Made by a program: the position numbers and the translations under genes. From positions 1 through 64,000 of IMG/VR virus record IMGVR_UViG_3300045988_166195: a stretch of 64,000 nucleotides of DNA. One strand, given 5' to 3'. The stretch is from a virus. Position 1 is the first letter of the stretch, and each line of letters opens with the position of its first letter. Of this stretch, positions 1 through 9,645 are shown piece by piece. The notes beneath the pieces were generated by a model, which searched no databases, was not told the DNA's origin, and saw nothing but the letters and a program-made list of their open reading frames with translations.

Positions 1-112
1 TATGGCGTTTTCCGGGTCAGGAAAAGCCTGGTAGATGATGGCACAATGGTGGCCATGAAAGCGCCAGGTGGTTGCCAGCATCAACTCAGCACTGCCAGCG
101 CTGAATGAAAAA

Positions 113-142
113 CCCCCGGACACAGAAGCCTGTGTCCGGGGG
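113..142 (+). terminator. GC-rich hairpin followed by T-run (cccccggacacag/ctgtgtccggggg + ttt); likely terminator of a gene ending upstream of the window start
   Basis: Perfect 13-bp inverted repeat with 4-nt loop followed by TTT, read directly. Confidence 0.5.
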
Positions 143-309
143 TTTGCGTGTTGCTGCTGTGGTCAACCTGTATGCGGTTTCTGCTTCGGTTGAGGGACGT
201 AATACGGTATAATGCTGTGGGCCTACGCACACTGACTACCTGTTCAGGTTTGACAGGTCAGTACGTAGAGACCGATGATCAACGACAATAACAAGACCGA
301 AAGAGAGGT

Positions 310-2019
310 GTGATCTCTATGAAGATCCCTCGCCAATCCAACAAGCCGTCTGGCTTGCGTCGGCTGCCTGTGATGGCAGCTTTGACTGTAGCGATGGGCG
401 CATCTGTTGCAGTGCTACCTACTTCTGCCGCAACTGCCGCGCCTGCCAGTGCAGAAAGCGCAGCTTCTTCCAGTGCTGCCGGGCTACCGGCAGCTGTAGC
501 GAGTGGCTACAAGATGACGTTCCATGATGAGTTCGACGGCGACAAGCTTGATACCTCTAAATGGGGCTATCAGTACGGCTGTTTCGATCCTGCGCAGCGA
601 TCGCAGGCGCAGTACACGGACTCTCCCGATAACGTCTCTGTGCGAGATGGCTATCTGAACCTGACTGCGCGGTACTCGCCTATGAAGACCAAGTGGGACG
701 GCTCGCAGATCGCTCGCACCTGCAAGGACGGCAGTACTACCTATGACGCGCCGTTCACGTCGGGCATGGTCACCACAAAAACAAAGGACGGCAAGGTGTT
801 GTACGCAGCGCCAGGAACCGGTTTCTATGCCGAGGCGCGCGTCAAGCTTCCAACCGCACGTTCGTCCTGGTCTGCCTTCTGGGGCACTGGTACCAAGGGC
901 GGCTGGCCCGGTAACGGTGAGATCGACGTGTTCGAGAGCAAGGGTTATGACCCGAGCTTCTTGATGAGTAACATCCACACACCCAGGGTCGGCAATCCCA
1001 AGAAGACCACCCAGCATCAGGGCATGATGAAGGGCGACACGGCTACGTCTCAGACTGAGTGGCATACCTACGGTGTCTTGAAGACTGCCGATGCCATCGA
1101 GTTCTACTTCGATGGGCAGATGACACACCGCGTGAAGATGCAGGATATGAAGGGCGCGAGCAACCCCTTCGCGGATCCAGAGAACAACCTGGTGCTGAAG
1201 CTCAACCAGATGGTGGGCGGCAGCTACTTGGCCAAGCACGACAATTGGGCTGATAAGACCTTTGTCGATGCAAGCAAGTACGCGGATGACTACAAGGGCA
1301 CCGGAGCGGAAGGCTTCGCAGCCTCGACCATGTATGTCGACTACGTGCGCGTGTACGAGCCGAAGACTCAGGCAGATGAGCCTGTTGAGCCCACGCCTGC
1401 GCCTGAGACTCCGACTCCTGCTCCCGAACAGCCTGCGCAGCCCGAGCCAACTCCAGCTCCTTCTGAGCCTACGCCTACCCCGGCACCGGAACAGCCTGCG
1501 CAGCCTACTCCTGCGCCCGATCAGCCGGTTCAGCCTGAGAACCCCGCGCCCGCGCCTGAGACTCCTGCCCAGCCTGAGCAACCGGCCCCTGCTCCGACTC
1601 CAGAGACTCCAGCTCAACCAGAGCAGCCTGCGCCTGTGCCTGAGCAGCCCGCTCCTGAGCAGCCAGCACCGGCCAAGCCTTCTCAGCCTGCGCCTGTGAC
1701 CCCGGCCCCTGCTAAGCCTGTTCCGGCTAAGCCGACCCCTGCACCGGCCAAGCCCACTCCGGCGCAGCCCCAACCAGCACAGCCTCAGCCAGCTCAGCCG
1801 TCTGATAACCAGGCAGACCAGAACAGCCAGCAGTCCGGTCAGGCAGATCAGAACAGCCAGTCTGAGCAGAGCAAGCAGACCAAGCCAGAGCAGCCCAAGA
1901 AGTCCAAGAAGCCCAGTGCCGATCGTTTGGCGAACACGGGTATGACCTCGTGGTATCGCCCGGTCGTTGTCATGTGGCGAAGCTTCTGTGGCTGGATCAC
2001 CAGCTGGTGGTTCTGGTGA
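310..2019 (+). CDS. Secreted glycoside hydrolase family 16 (beta-glucanase/laminarinase-like) with long Pro/Ala/Glu-rich stalk and C-terminal LANTG sortase-type motif; probable true start at M4 (nt 319) after GAGAGG
   Basis: N-terminal signal-peptide-like hydrophobic segment. GH16 catalytic signature E-I-D-V-F-E ('GEIDVFESKG'). PAPE/PTPAPEQPAQP repeats. 'LANTG' near C-terminus, but the tail after it is Trp-rich rather than the classic hydrophobic stretch plus basic residues. Confidence 0.75.
   Translation: MISMKIPRQSNKPSGLRRLPVMAALTVAMGASVAVLPTSAATAAPASAESAASSSAAGLPAAVASGYKMTFHDEFDGDKLDTSKWGYQYGCFDPAQRSQAQYTDSPDNVSVRDGYLNLTARYSPMKTKWDGSQIARTCKDGSTTYDAPFTSGMVTTKTKDGKVLYAAPGTGFYAEARVKLPTARSSWSAFWGTGTKGGWPGNGEIDVFESKGYDPSFLMSNIHTPRVGNPKKTTQHQGMMKGDTATSQTEWHTYGVLKTADAIEFYFDGQMTHRVKMQDMKGASNPFADPENNLVLKLNQMVGGSYLAKHDNWADKTFVDASKYADDYKGTGAEGFAASTMYVDYVRVYEPKTQADEPVEPTPAPETPTPAPEQPAQPEPTPAPSEPTPTPAPEQPAQPTPAPDQPVQPENPAPAPETPAQPEQPAPAPTPETPAQPEQPAPVPEQPAPEQPAPAKPSQPAPVTPAPAKPVPAKPTPAPAKPTPAQPQPAQPQPAQPSDNQADQNSQQSGQADQNSQSEQSKQTKPEQPKKSKKPSADRLANTGMTSWYRPVVVMWRSFCGWITSWWFW
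1375..1800 (+). repeat. In-frame tandem proline-rich coding repeats (PAPE / PTPAPEQPAQP units) forming a surface stalk
   Basis: Repeated cctgcgcc(t/c)gag and cagcc(t/g)gcgcagcc units visible in DNA and as PAPE/PTPAP repeats in translation. Confidence 0.6.
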
Positions 2020-2056
2020 TCGTGTGAACGCATGAGCTCAGTGCACTGAAAAAAAG

Positions 2057-2120
2057 AAAGCCCCTGCGGGCGTCAACGCTGCGTCATTAAGACTGAGCAG
2101 CGAAGACCCGCAGGGGCTTT
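2057..2120. terminator. Long inverted repeat (aaagcccctgcggg ... cccgcaggggcttt) downstream of the GH16 gene; probable bidirectional terminator/boundary structure
   Basis: 14-bp perfect inverted repeat flanked by A-run and T-run. Confidence 0.45.
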
Positions 2121-2234
2121 CAGGGTTTAGAGAGGATTAGGTGGAGGGGTTAGGAGAGAGGAAAGGGAAGAGTAGGCGAGATTAGAGAGGCTAGGTGTGT
2201 TTAGCTGCGCAGGTGAACACTCCTATCAGAGTGA

Positions 2235-2375
2235 TCAGCCCACGAAGTAAGCGATGGTGTTGGCGGTCAGGAAGATCGCAAACCACACGACGAGCGTGAC
2301 ACCGAACAACCTGAGGCCAGGGGTGGTGTCAGCGTAGATCCACTCATAGAGGTTGGTGAGCTTGTTCTTCAGCAT
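2235..2375 (-). CDS. Small hydrophobic membrane protein (about 46 aa; MLKNKLTNLYEW...)
   Basis: ORF-track frame 2235..2429. The internal ATG at 2375 is preceded by AAAGGA. The upstream annotated start overlaps the conserved intergenic element. One predicted TM helix. Confidence 0.4.
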   Translation of the reverse strand: MLKNKLTNLYEWIYADTTPGLRLFGVTLVVWFAIFLTANTIAYFVG

Positions 2376-2419
2376 GGTTCGGTTCCTTTGCAGATCAGGA
2401 GAGAGGTAGAGAGATAGAG

Positions 2420-2458
2420 TTTCTATCAATTCAGGATTCGGGACATCGATAGATGTCC
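2420..2458. promoter_or_regulatory. Copy 1 of a conserved ~40-bp element (tttctatcaattcaggattcggg) ending in the palindrome GGACATCGATAGATGTCC; divergent intergenic region
   Basis: Near-identical sequence recurs at 6053-6090 and 12848-12885. The palindrome read directly. Confidence 0.5.
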
Positions 2459-2548
2459 TGTTTCCAAGCGATCGAGGTCACAAGAGAGGTATTCTTATTG
2501 TGGTGTCAAGCCGAGCAACAAGAATCTGAGAATCAAGGAGGATCAAGC

Positions 2549-3400
2549 ATGAAGAAGCGAGAGATTATGGCGATTGCGAGGGCCCTGGGTGGAATCATGG
2601 AAGATAAGAGAAGCGCAAAGAGAAGCCCAGGGTATTCTGTCACGCAACGCATCAAGCAGATTAATCAACCAAGAGGTGGCTATATCAACCCGAGGACACT
2701 TGAAGTTGTCTCTTTGGGTGATGGTATTGATGCGTTGAACCCAGGAGAGACTGTTAGTCCTGGTTTGATCGGCTCAGCTGTTGACTATCTGACTCGCTTC
2801 ATGTTGGGAGATCCTGCGAAGGAGGCTTTCGTGATTTCGATGTTGGGAGCGCGACGCATCGGAAAGCGTTCCGAGGCATCGCGCCTTATGGCCGGTATCA
2901 AAGGTCTGGATGACAGATCCATTACCAATGCCGTGAAGTTGGCTGGGTTTGATGTGTGCTTCCGCTCCAATCCCGGAAATTATCGCCCAGTTGAGGGGAT
3001 CAACCCCGATGAGTCAACGATCCAGAACGTAAGGACGATGGTCGAACGTTCGCTTCGTTTCTTCGATGAGTATGGTCCTGTAGTGTTCGGTGGGTTTACG
3101 TTCGAGGGCGGATATACAAACACCGTCAGTTCCGGTGACGGGGACTTCATGACAGCCGATACACTCTGGGATTTCAAGGTATCGAAAGCGCGCCCAACGA
3201 AGAGCCATACGCTTCAGGTGCTCATGTATTGGCGCATGGGTCTTCGTTCGATTCACACAGAGTTCCAGAATGTCAAGTACCTGGGCATCTACAACCCGCG
3301 TCTGAATGAGGTCTATCGGATCAGCGTTGATGCCATCCCTCGGGATGTGATTGCCGAGGTCGATCGAGACGTGATCGGTTACCCTGTGCGTCGGTTGTGA
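2549..3400 (+). CDS. Hypothetical protein; possible PD-(D/E)xK nuclease fold (GDGDF...DFK)
   Basis: Start chosen at MKKREIM, preceded by AAGGAGG. The track start at 2453 lies inside the palindromic element. Weak motif D-x12-D-x-K only. Confidence 0.5.
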   Translation: MKKREIMAIARALGGIMEDKRSAKRSPGYSVTQRIKQINQPRGGYINPRTLEVVSLGDGIDALNPGETVSPGLIGSAVDYLTRFMLGDPAKEAFVISMLGARRIGKRSEASRLMAGIKGLDDRSITNAVKLAGFDVCFRSNPGNYRPVEGINPDESTIQNVRTMVERSLRFFDEYGPVVFGGFTFEGGYTNTVSSGDGDFMTADTLWDFKVSKARPTKSHTLQVLMYWRMGLRSIHTEFQNVKYLGIYNPRLNEVYRISVDAIPRDVIAEVDRDVIGYPVRRL

Positions 3401-3413
3401 CCAGACCCAAGAA

Positions 3414-3500
3414 AAAATAGCTCCCCCACCCCGCCTCGTTCTCTGTTGAACGTACGTCGCCGTACTGTTCTCGGAGAGGGTAGGGGTAGGGGAGCTATGT
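3414..3500. terminator. Extended GC-rich stem-loop (atagctcccc ... ggggagctat) between convergent genes; bidirectional terminator candidate
   Basis: Inverted repeat with A-run on the left, located between the stop of the plus gene (3400) and the stop of the minus gene (3515). Confidence 0.5.
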
Positions 3501-3514
3501 CAGCCGAGTCTTCT

Positions 3515-3937
3515 TTAGTGAAGCCACTCAATGTCAGGAGCTTTGTCTCCGAAGCATTCCTGCTCGTTTTCGTATAGGAAGATTTGGACAATCTTCCCAA
3601 AGGGAGCTCCGCTACCACGGATTTCAGAGAACTGCATGTACCGGTATGGTCCGATTCGGAAGTCAACGCGCCCATGCGTAACACTGCAATGATCCGCGTA
3701 GCTGTAATCGTTTCGGTACTCGGTCTCCAAATTCCAGTAGAACCAGCCTTCATCAACCACGTGGCCGATGTTGTAGTTCATGACACATCGATCAGAGTAC
3801 TTAGCGCTGTTCTTAATGTGAATGACCCTGTCATCCTTCAGCAGAATGTATGTATCTCGCCATTCACTGTAGATGCCTTTGGCTCCTACATCCGCCAGCG
3901 GCTTAAGGTCCTTGGTGCTGAATCGAAGTTCCTTCAT
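3515..3937 (-). CDS. Hypothetical protein (start at MKELRF)
   Basis: Six-frame ORF. Internal ATG chosen because the upstream part of the track ORF is low complexity. Confidence 0.5.
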   Translation of the reverse strand: MKELRFSTKDLKPLADVGAKGIYSEWRDTYILLKDDRVIHIKNSAKYSDRCVMNYNIGHVVDEGWFYWNLETEYRNDYSYADHCSVTHGRVDFRIGPYRYMQFSEIRGSGAPFGKIVQIFLYENEQECFGDKAPDIEWLH

Positions 3938-3975
3938 GTTTTTCTTTCTTGGTGTGTGTTTTGAAATGTTTTTTG

Positions 3976-4311
3976 TCAGGGCACGCTCACCAGCACGTAC
4001 TGGTGACCCCATCTGTCGTTGATGCGCTGTGCGTGGCGGTCCCACGTGTCCCACTTGATACGAGGCGTGCCTCGCCAGATCTTCAGGATCATCGTGATGA
4101 GCCGCTTTTCGTATGGTGACAATTCATCAGTGGTGGCGTACAGGATTCCGTTTGTATCCCAGGTACACACAACCTTGCCCGTGAGGCGGTTGCTCACGAA
4201 GTAACCTCGCATGCCCCGGCTCAGGATATACTTCGTCCCGAGCTGCCTGGTGCCCATGAACTGTAGATCAGGGTAGATTTCTGTGAGGGTGTCCCGAATA
4301 GTCATAGTCAT
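3976..4311 (-). CDS. Hypothetical protein
   Basis: ORF track. Compact spacing with neighbouring minus-strand genes. Confidence 0.5.
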   Translation of the reverse strand: MTMTIRDTLTEIYPDLQFMGTRQLGTKYILSRGMRGYFVSNRLTGKVVCTWDTNGILYATTDELSPYEKRLITMILKIWRGTPRIKWDTWDRHAQRINDRWGHQYVLVSVP

Positions 4312-4323
4312 GCGCTCAGTCTC

Positions 4324-4629
4324 TCAGTCTTCACCTTCGTAGGCCAGGTATTCCCTGTAGCTACGGCAGTTGTACTGACGCAGCGAACGCTTGAACTCCT
4401 GTCGCTTGCTGCGCTTCTTAGCGCGACGAGCAGCAGCTCGGGGCTTGCCCGGCGCGTCACCGCAACACGTGCAGTCACGGCCACCAGGGCCGGACGGACA
4501 CGTGCAACCAATCATGGTTGCGTGAGTGGGACTGCTCAGAGACAGAGCATCCAGAGCGAGAGCATCGAAGCCATCAGCGAAGCTATCGGGGTTGTAGTAA
4601 TCGTTGGAACGCTTGTTGCGACGGGGCAT
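4324..4629 (-). CDS. Small basic Cys-rich protein (CTCPSGPGGRDCTCCGD cluster)
   Basis: AAAGGAGG Shine-Dalgarno immediately upstream of the ATG. Seven Cys in about 25 aa followed by a Lys/Arg-rich tail. Confidence 0.55.
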   Translation of the reverse strand: MPRRNKRSNDYYNPDSFADGFDALALDALSLSSPTHATMIGCTCPSGPGGRDCTCCGDAPGKPRAAARRAKKRSKRQEFKRSLRQYNCRSYREYLAYEGED

Positions 4630-4687
4630 CGCAACCTCCTTTTATATATGTGGGGATGTGTGGGTTGTTGGGGTTGTGTGGTTGGAT

Positions 4688-5077
4688 TCAGAGCTCGATG
4701 GGATCGTCGCCCCAGTACGTAACGTTGGAGTCACGAAGATCCTTGATGGCCTCCGGGTTCGAACTATCGCATGCGGCGGCGTACAGCGCATTGACGAACT
4801 GACGCAGATGCTCAGAGGTCGCCGCATTGTGGTTGAAAGCGTCAGCCATGATGGAAACCATCGGAGCCCCACACGGCGTATCGCTGAAATTAAACGTGAA
4901 TCTCACCGCCGCCACATGGTGACGGTGAGAGAAAACCATGTAGTCGAGCGTCGTGGGTGTGAGGCGAGTCATCTGTACGATGGTGAAGTCCCCTGCGATC
5001 GGAATGATGATCGGCTGATCGCGCACGAGCTCCTGTGCTGCGGCGTTGATGTCGTTCATAATAGATGACTGATTCAT
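4688..5077 (-). CDS. Hypothetical protein, paralog family A (with 14260..14646)
   Basis: Shares 'DQPxxIIPxxGxFTIV' and 'xDAFxHxxxTSxHLxxFxxAL' blocks with the ORF at 14260..14646. Confidence 0.55.
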   Translation of the reverse strand: MNQSSIMNDINAAAQELVRDQPIIIPIAGDFTIVQMTRLTPTTLDYMVFSHRHHVAAVRFTFNFSDTPCGAPMVSIMADAFNHNAATSEHLRQFVNALYAAACDSSNPEAIKDLRDSNVTYWGDDPIEL

Positions 5078-5161
5078 TGTTCTGGGTCTTTCTGAGAGAT
5101 GGAGATGGGTGTTGACAGGACGGGTAGCAATGACGCTGCCCGTCCTGTCGCATCCTGTTGA

Positions 5162-6004
5162 TCAGATGTCTTCGGGGCTGTAGTTGTCTTCGATGACATG
5201 CTTCACGCACTGGTGAAGCGTACATTCATCGAAGTACTTCCAGTGCTTGAGATTGCTCTTCAGTTGGCAGATGGCACGCCATGTCTCCACATGCTCCACG
5301 GTGAAGCAGAAGTGGTTGCCGGTCAGGATGTCATTGATGTCATGATCAACATCAAGTGCATCCACAATGTCGAGAGCATAGGCGATGTCTCCACCAGATG
5401 CTCCGTAAAGCACATGAGCGTCGTATGCGTATCCCTCGACAATTGGGTCTTGGAAGACAAAATGAGTGATGTGGTAGCCGGGTTCGGCAACATAGCCCTC
5501 AGATTTCACCGCTTTGCGCTTGGCGTGCTTGTCCTTTGTCAGGCCGGGAAGCTTGAGATCCTTTGGCATGTGGACGTACATGCCAGGCATGACATCAACG
5601 GTGTTGAGCATCGGCTTGGTGTCCTTAATGGGCATCGGGCTGTAGTCGCTGCGCTCAATGATGCACTCGGCGGCCCACTGGGCGAGAGCATACGGAATTA
5701 TCACAGGGTAGCTGTGGTCGTTCTGCCAGAACAGCGCACCCTTGATGGTGTTGTCGCACCAGTCAGCACTTTGGTACGTGAGCTTGTCCTTCTTGCCCGG
5801 CAACAGGACGATACCCATAATGATGTCATCGTCGTAGGCGTCGATCGCCGTGACGAGAACACCCCCGTTGCCCAGTTCGGCAGTACGTCCATTCGAGTGG
5901 TAGTAACGCACAGCTTCAAGAGCCTGCACCAATTCTGCTCCCTCCTTCGTGCAGGAGAGGGCTGCGATGTAAGAATGGGCGAGTTCATGATTGACGTTCA
6001 TGAT
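5162..6004 (-). CDS. Hypothetical protein (start at MNVNHELAH)
   Basis: ORF track. Start trimmed to the first ATG after the conserved upstream element. Confidence 0.5.
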   Translation of the reverse strand: MMNVNHELAHSYIAALSCTKEGAELVQALEAVRYYHSNGRTAELGNGGVLVTAIDAYDDDIIMGIVLLPGKKDKLTYQSADWCDNTIKGALFWQNDHSYPVIIPYALAQWAAECIIERSDYSPMPIKDTKPMLNTVDVMPGMYVHMPKDLKLPGLTKDKHAKRKAVKSEGYVAEPGYHITHFVFQDPIVEGYAYDAHVLYGASGGDIAYALDIVDALDVDHDINDILTGNHFCFTVEHVETWRAICQLKSNLKHWKYFDECTLHQCVKHVIEDNYSPEDI

Positions 6005-6052
6005 TTTCCTTGGTTTTTGTGAGAGAAGAGAATGTGGGATAGAAATAGAGAG

Positions 6053-6090
6053 TTCTATCAGTTCAAGATTCGGGGCGTTGAACAACGCCC
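6053..6090. promoter_or_regulatory. Copy 2 of the conserved ~40-bp element (ttctatcagttcaagattcgggg) ending in the palindrome GGGCGTTGAACAACGCCC
   Basis: Aligned by eye to copies at 2420 and 12848. Sits just upstream, in gene orientation, of the 5162..6004 gene. Confidence 0.45.
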
Positions 6091-6204
6091 TGTCACAAGT
6101 ACACAGATGTGTGGACGAGAGACCAGAAAATCAACCCCTCTGAGACGCACCCGTGATCGTGCTGATCACATACTGTCTCTATCCCAGGGGGGGGGTGCTG
6201 TTAC

Positions 6205-6765
6205 TCAGATCGAGATCTTGTACCGATCGAAACGCGCCTCTCGGTTCGGGTAGAACCTGAGAGGCGTGATCGTCTCATTGGAGAAATTCCAATCCCACAG
6301 CACCCTGTTCAGTGCGTAGGTCGTGTTTCGTGCTTCCTGTCGAGTCTTGTGATCAAGCGATGTATCGTCCTTTATCTCATAACATTGATCAAGAAGTGCA
6401 TCGATTTGCTCTCGTGTAGGTTGTTTGCTGAGAGTCTCTCGGACAAGTCCAGAGAGCTTATTCCATGTAATGATGATCTGTTCGCAACGAATACGATCAT
6501 GCTTATCTGCGATTGCCATCGTGCGAACGTCCGGTTCCACCTTATTGATCATCTGCTCGAACTCAGCATCGCTATGAGCAATCTCGGCAACCTGAGGGTA
6601 GATGTGGCTGAGCATGATCACCTCAAAGCGATGCATTCGCTCCATCCAGTCAGACATCTCGTCGACGGCTTTGTGGTGGTAGACGAGACATGAGGTCCAG
6701 TCGTTCCACGGGGTGTTTGTTACAGAGAGGATCCTGTGAAGGAGTGGGTGATTGGGTGCAGTCAT
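6205..6765 (-). CDS. Hypothetical protein
   Basis: ORF with AGAAAGG Shine-Dalgarno. Confidence 0.55.
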   Translation of the reverse strand: MTAPNHPLLHRILSVTNTPWNDWTSCLVYHHKAVDEMSDWMERMHRFEVIMLSHIYPQVAEIAHSDAEFEQMINKVEPDVRTMAIADKHDRIRCEQIIITWNKLSGLVRETLSKQPTREQIDALLDQCYEIKDDTSLDHKTRQEARNTTYALNRVLWDWNFSNETITPLRFYPNREARFDRYKISI

Positions 6766-6852
6766 GGTTGAGTGACCTTTCTGGTGATAGAGCGTGAGAG
6801 CAGAGGGTGGAGAGAGGGTAGAGAGGGGTGCGGTAGTGAGTCAACGAGCCTG

Positions 6853-7077
6853 TTAATGGAGCATGTGCCATAGCACCAGGCTAACGCCTGCGATGAGCGC
6901 AACGCCGACCATACAGGCGATCGTAGCGAAGAGTGCCTTCACGTCATTCTCCGTGATCTGCATCTCGTCGGTATCGGACTCAGACTGATCAGTTAGCCCC
7001 TGTTCCTTCTTGAGTCGATTAAGTTCTTCCTCAAGTTCGTCTACTCGCTGGAGGGCGAGAAGGCCGAATACACCCAT
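6853..7077 (-). CDS. Small protein with C-terminal TM helix (start at MGVFGLLAL)
   Basis: ORF track, internal ATG chosen. Acidic coiled segment then a hydrophobic tail. Confidence 0.45.
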   Translation of the reverse strand: MGVFGLLALQRVDELEEELNRLKKEQGLTDQSESDTDEMQITENDVKALFATIACMVGVALIAGVSLVLWHMLH

Positions 7078-7105
7078 GATGTTGGCTTCCTTTCTGTGTT
7101 GTGAT

Positions 7106-7288
7106 TTAGATTGATAGCGACAAGCCGATGACAACCGGTGTCATGACGATCGCCATGATCGCGCTTGCGACAAGCACTGTCTTGGCGATGCAGATCATGT
7201 CCTGCTTTGTGATCGTAAGTGCGTATGCTTCAGCCGGATCGAGATGCTCGATGTCACCGAAGATCCAATGTGTGATCGTGTTGATCAT
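7106..7288 (-). CDS. Small membrane protein (60 aa, MINTITHW...)
   Basis: Only the last 60 codons of track ORF 7106..7777 look protein-like. The rest is antisense of gene 7314..8138. Confidence 0.4.
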   Translation of the reverse strand: MINTITHWIFGDIEHLDPAEAYALTITKQDMICIAKTVLVASAIMAIVMTPVVIGLSLSI

Positions 7289-7313
7289 GTTTCTTGTCCT
7301 GTCTGTCTTCTGG

Positions 7314-8138
7314 TCAGTATCCAATGCCAAGCATCTGCTCGACACGACGGTTGTTGCGTGGCATGCCGACGCCTCGCAGGTAGTCATCGACCATGTTCTT
7401 CGTCGCACGGGCACGGGAGAGTACATCGCGAGGAACATACGGGTTATTCTCAGAGCCGTACTCCGCCCAGGTCTTGCCTGTGCCTTCCTGCACGAGGTAG
7501 AGACTTGCGTTCTTCTGAAGAGTCGGGATGTCGTGGTATGTGTTGCAACGGGTGTAACCACCAGACATGCCCGCCCAGCCCGAGAAATGTGTGCCGTAAG
7601 GTTCTCCGGGGAAGAAATTCTCGAATCCAACGCATTCGAAGTAGTTATCGCACACACGGTATCCGGTGACACCCAAGACGATAGCGTCTTCTCGACGGAA
7701 CCTGTACTGGTCGTAGCCGTACGTGGGCTTACCCGTGAGCAGGACGCTGCCAACCTTGAGCTGCGACAGATCAGCAACAGGCTGCGTCTTCATGTCAGCA
7801 ATGATCTGCTTGATCTTTTCGCCGCGTCGCGCCTTCGTTGCTTCCCAATCAATCCAGTTGAGATTCTCAATGAATTCGGGGTTAAGTTCGTAACGAACAA
7901 GACCTTGAGGGATGCGCAGTTCTGCGTGGTCCTTGTAGACGAGTAGAGAGCCGCAACGGTCCTCGTAGTGCTGGTACTCGGTGTGATCAGAGTGCTTGAC
8001 CTTCGTGTGGAACATGGCGAAATCGATATGCGACCAATCCATCCAGTAACGTCTGCTCCGCTCGTCACGAGGCTTGTAGTCGGGAGACGGGGTGAATGTT
8101 GCTCCGGGGAACGGTTCTGGTTCTTGTACGATGAGCAT
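7314..8138 (-). CDS. Hypothetical protein (274 aa)
   Basis: Long ORF with balanced composition. Overlapping ORFs 7128..7946(+) and 7106..7777(-) are judged spurious. Confidence 0.55.
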   Translation of the reverse strand: MLIVQEPEPFPGATFTPSPDYKPRDERSRRYWMDWSHIDFAMFHTKVKHSDHTEYQHYEDRCGSLLVYKDHAELRIPQGLVRYELNPEFIENLNWIDWEATKARRGEKIKQIIADMKTQPVADLSQLKVGSVLLTGKPTYGYDQYRFRREDAIVLGVTGYRVCDNYFECVGFENFFPGEPYGTHFSGWAGMSGGYTRCNTYHDIPTLQKNASLYLVQEGTGKTWAEYGSENNPYVPRDVLSRARATKNMVDDYLRGVGMPRNNRRVEQMLGIGY

Positions 8139-8204
8139 GATGATTCTTTCTATTGTTGGGATTTGACTGTGGTGGCGATCAGTGTTGGCGCGCTACGTGT
8201 GCGC

Positions 8205-8510
8205 TTAGTTGCGATCACGGATACGCTTGCATATCGCCTCAGTGGCGATGTAGCCCATGATGGCTGATAGCGCGAATGTAGCAGCTGACATGGCGGTGTG
8301 GTGCCACGTGCGCGGCGCGACGGTGGGTGCGGGTGCATCCTCAACGTTGTTGTTGCTGTTGTTGGCGGCGGTAGGGGTGCCGTCGGTGACGGTCGGGCGG
8401 ATCTCGTCAATGACGGGTTTGTTCCCTGCGTTGCATCCGGTTGAAGACTGCTCTTCGAGTTCGTCATCGTCCAGCATGTGCATCCACATCATGGCAGGAA
8501 GCCAGCTCAT
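8205..8510 (-). CDS. Small membrane-anchored protein
   Basis: GAAAGGA Shine-Dalgarno. C-terminal hydrophobic helix. Confidence 0.45.
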   Translation of the reverse strand: MSWLPAMMWMHMLDDDELEEQSSTGCNAGNKPVIDEIRPTVTDGTPTAANNSNNNVEDAPAPTVAPRTWHHTAMSAATFALSAIMGYIATEAICKRIRDRN

Positions 8511-8536
8511 AATGTTGTGTCCTTTCTGTTCTGTTG

Positions 8537-9187
8537 TTACGCAGGAAGTTCGCCTTCGTAGAGATCGATGATCCGTGTCGATGACATGGCCCCGTTGTAT
8601 TCGACTGATGCCTTCGGGTGCTTCAACTGAGCGATACTGTACGTGATCTCCTTACACGTCACGATCTCATCGCTGGCGAAGTCGTAAGCCCTGAGCGAGC
8701 CCCAATCGCCTGCGAAGAACGTGAACAGATTGCTATCGAGATCCCACAAGTACGACACTGCGTCTTGGGCATGTCGGTGTTCCTTGACGAACTTTTCGGC
8801 AGAGCGCCGCGTATGGAACGTGTTCGCATTGTTTGTCAGTGCGAACGTACCGTCACTGTGTTCAAGACCTAGACGGTACTCCTTGTTGCTGTCCTCGTGG
8901 TTGTGAGCCACGATGCTGTAGCCGCCTTCCATGGGGCGAGAACGGTTGTAGAACCTGTAGTCTTCGTCCATGAGATCGAACGCACTGATATGCGTCATGT
9001 CCTGAACCGTCTTTTCGAGACAGTTGAGGAATTCAGTCTGGCTGTATCCGTCCTTGCCCGCGTGCTGCAACGCGAACTTGATGATCTCAGCGATGTGCAG
9101 ACTCCACTGGACAGTGGTGAGGTGGACGACGAAACGTCCTGTGGTTTCGTCTTTGTTGATCGTGGCGTGTACGCCGCGCTGGCCCAT
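8537..9187 (-). CDS. Hypothetical protein (216 aa)
   Basis: GAAGGAG Shine-Dalgarno 7 nt upstream. Confidence 0.55.
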   Translation of the reverse strand: MGQRGVHATINKDETTGRFVVHLTTVQWSLHIAEIIKFALQHAGKDGYSQTEFLNCLEKTVQDMTHISAFDLMDEDYRFYNRSRPMEGGYSIVAHNHEDSNKEYRLGLEHSDGTFALTNNANTFHTRRSAEKFVKEHRHAQDAVSYLWDLDSNLFTFFAGDWGSLRAYDFASDEIVTCKEITYSIAQLKHPKASVEYNGAMSSTRIIDLYEGELPA

Positions 9188-9227
9188 GTTGTGTACTCCT
9201 TCTTTTTCTTTCTGTGGTAAGAGTCAG

Positions 9228-9566
9228 TTACGCGAGTTCCCAGAAGATGATCTGGCTGGTCGATTGGATGTCTTCAGTGAACATAGCGTTGAGCACGACC
9301 TCCCAACCGAGGTTATCAAGGGCCTTCTGGAGTGCCTCGTTGAGGTTTGATACATCTGCGTCGGGTTTTTCCAGACCCCAGTAGTTGTCCTTACCTACCT
9401 TGACACAGATGCAGAAGTCTGTGCCTTCGTACAAGTAGGTTGCCACGTTGAAGCCCTGTTCAACGAGGTCTGTGACATCGTGCTGGGATACCACCTGGTG
9501 GATGGCTTCCTTGACAGCCTTGGCGCAAGCCTTTTGGTATTGGATAGTCATTTCTTCGAGGTTCAT
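9228..9566 (-). CDS. Hypothetical protein (112 aa)
   Basis: AGAAGGGA Shine-Dalgarno. Confidence 0.55.
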   Translation of the reverse strand: MNLEEMTIQYQKACAKAVKEAIHQVVSQHDVTDLVEQGFNVATYLYEGTDFCICVKVGKDNYWGLEKPDADVSNLNEALQKALDNLGWEVVLNAMFTEDIQSTSQIIFWELA

Positions 9567-9607
9567 TGATTTGTCCCTTCTTGTTTTGTCCTTGTGCTGT
9601 GTATATG

Positions 9608-9645
9608 AGAGAGGGAAGGGCGGTATTTATCCGCCCTTCCCTCTC
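9608..9645. terminator. Hairpin gagagggaagggcgg/ccgcccttccctctc; terminator of minus-strand gene 9675..10244
   Basis: 15-bp perfect inverted repeat. Confidence 0.55.

Noticed and set aside
1375-1800. Regularly spaced short repeats that could be mistaken for a CRISPR array (also 25990..26460)
   Set aside because: The repeats are in-frame codon repeats (PAPE/PTPEP) inside surface-protein genes. Repeat units are not separated by unique spacers of constant length. No cas genes are present.
2453-2548. Annotated start of the 315-aa ORF at 2453
   Set aside because: The ATG lies inside the conserved palindromic element. A downstream ATG at 2549 is preceded by AAGGAGG.
7106-7946. Overlapping ORFs 7106..7777(-) and 7128..7946(+)
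   Set aside because: Both overlap the better-supported 274-aa gene 7314..8138(-). Only the last 60 codons of 7106..7777 (7106..7288) were kept as a small membrane protein.
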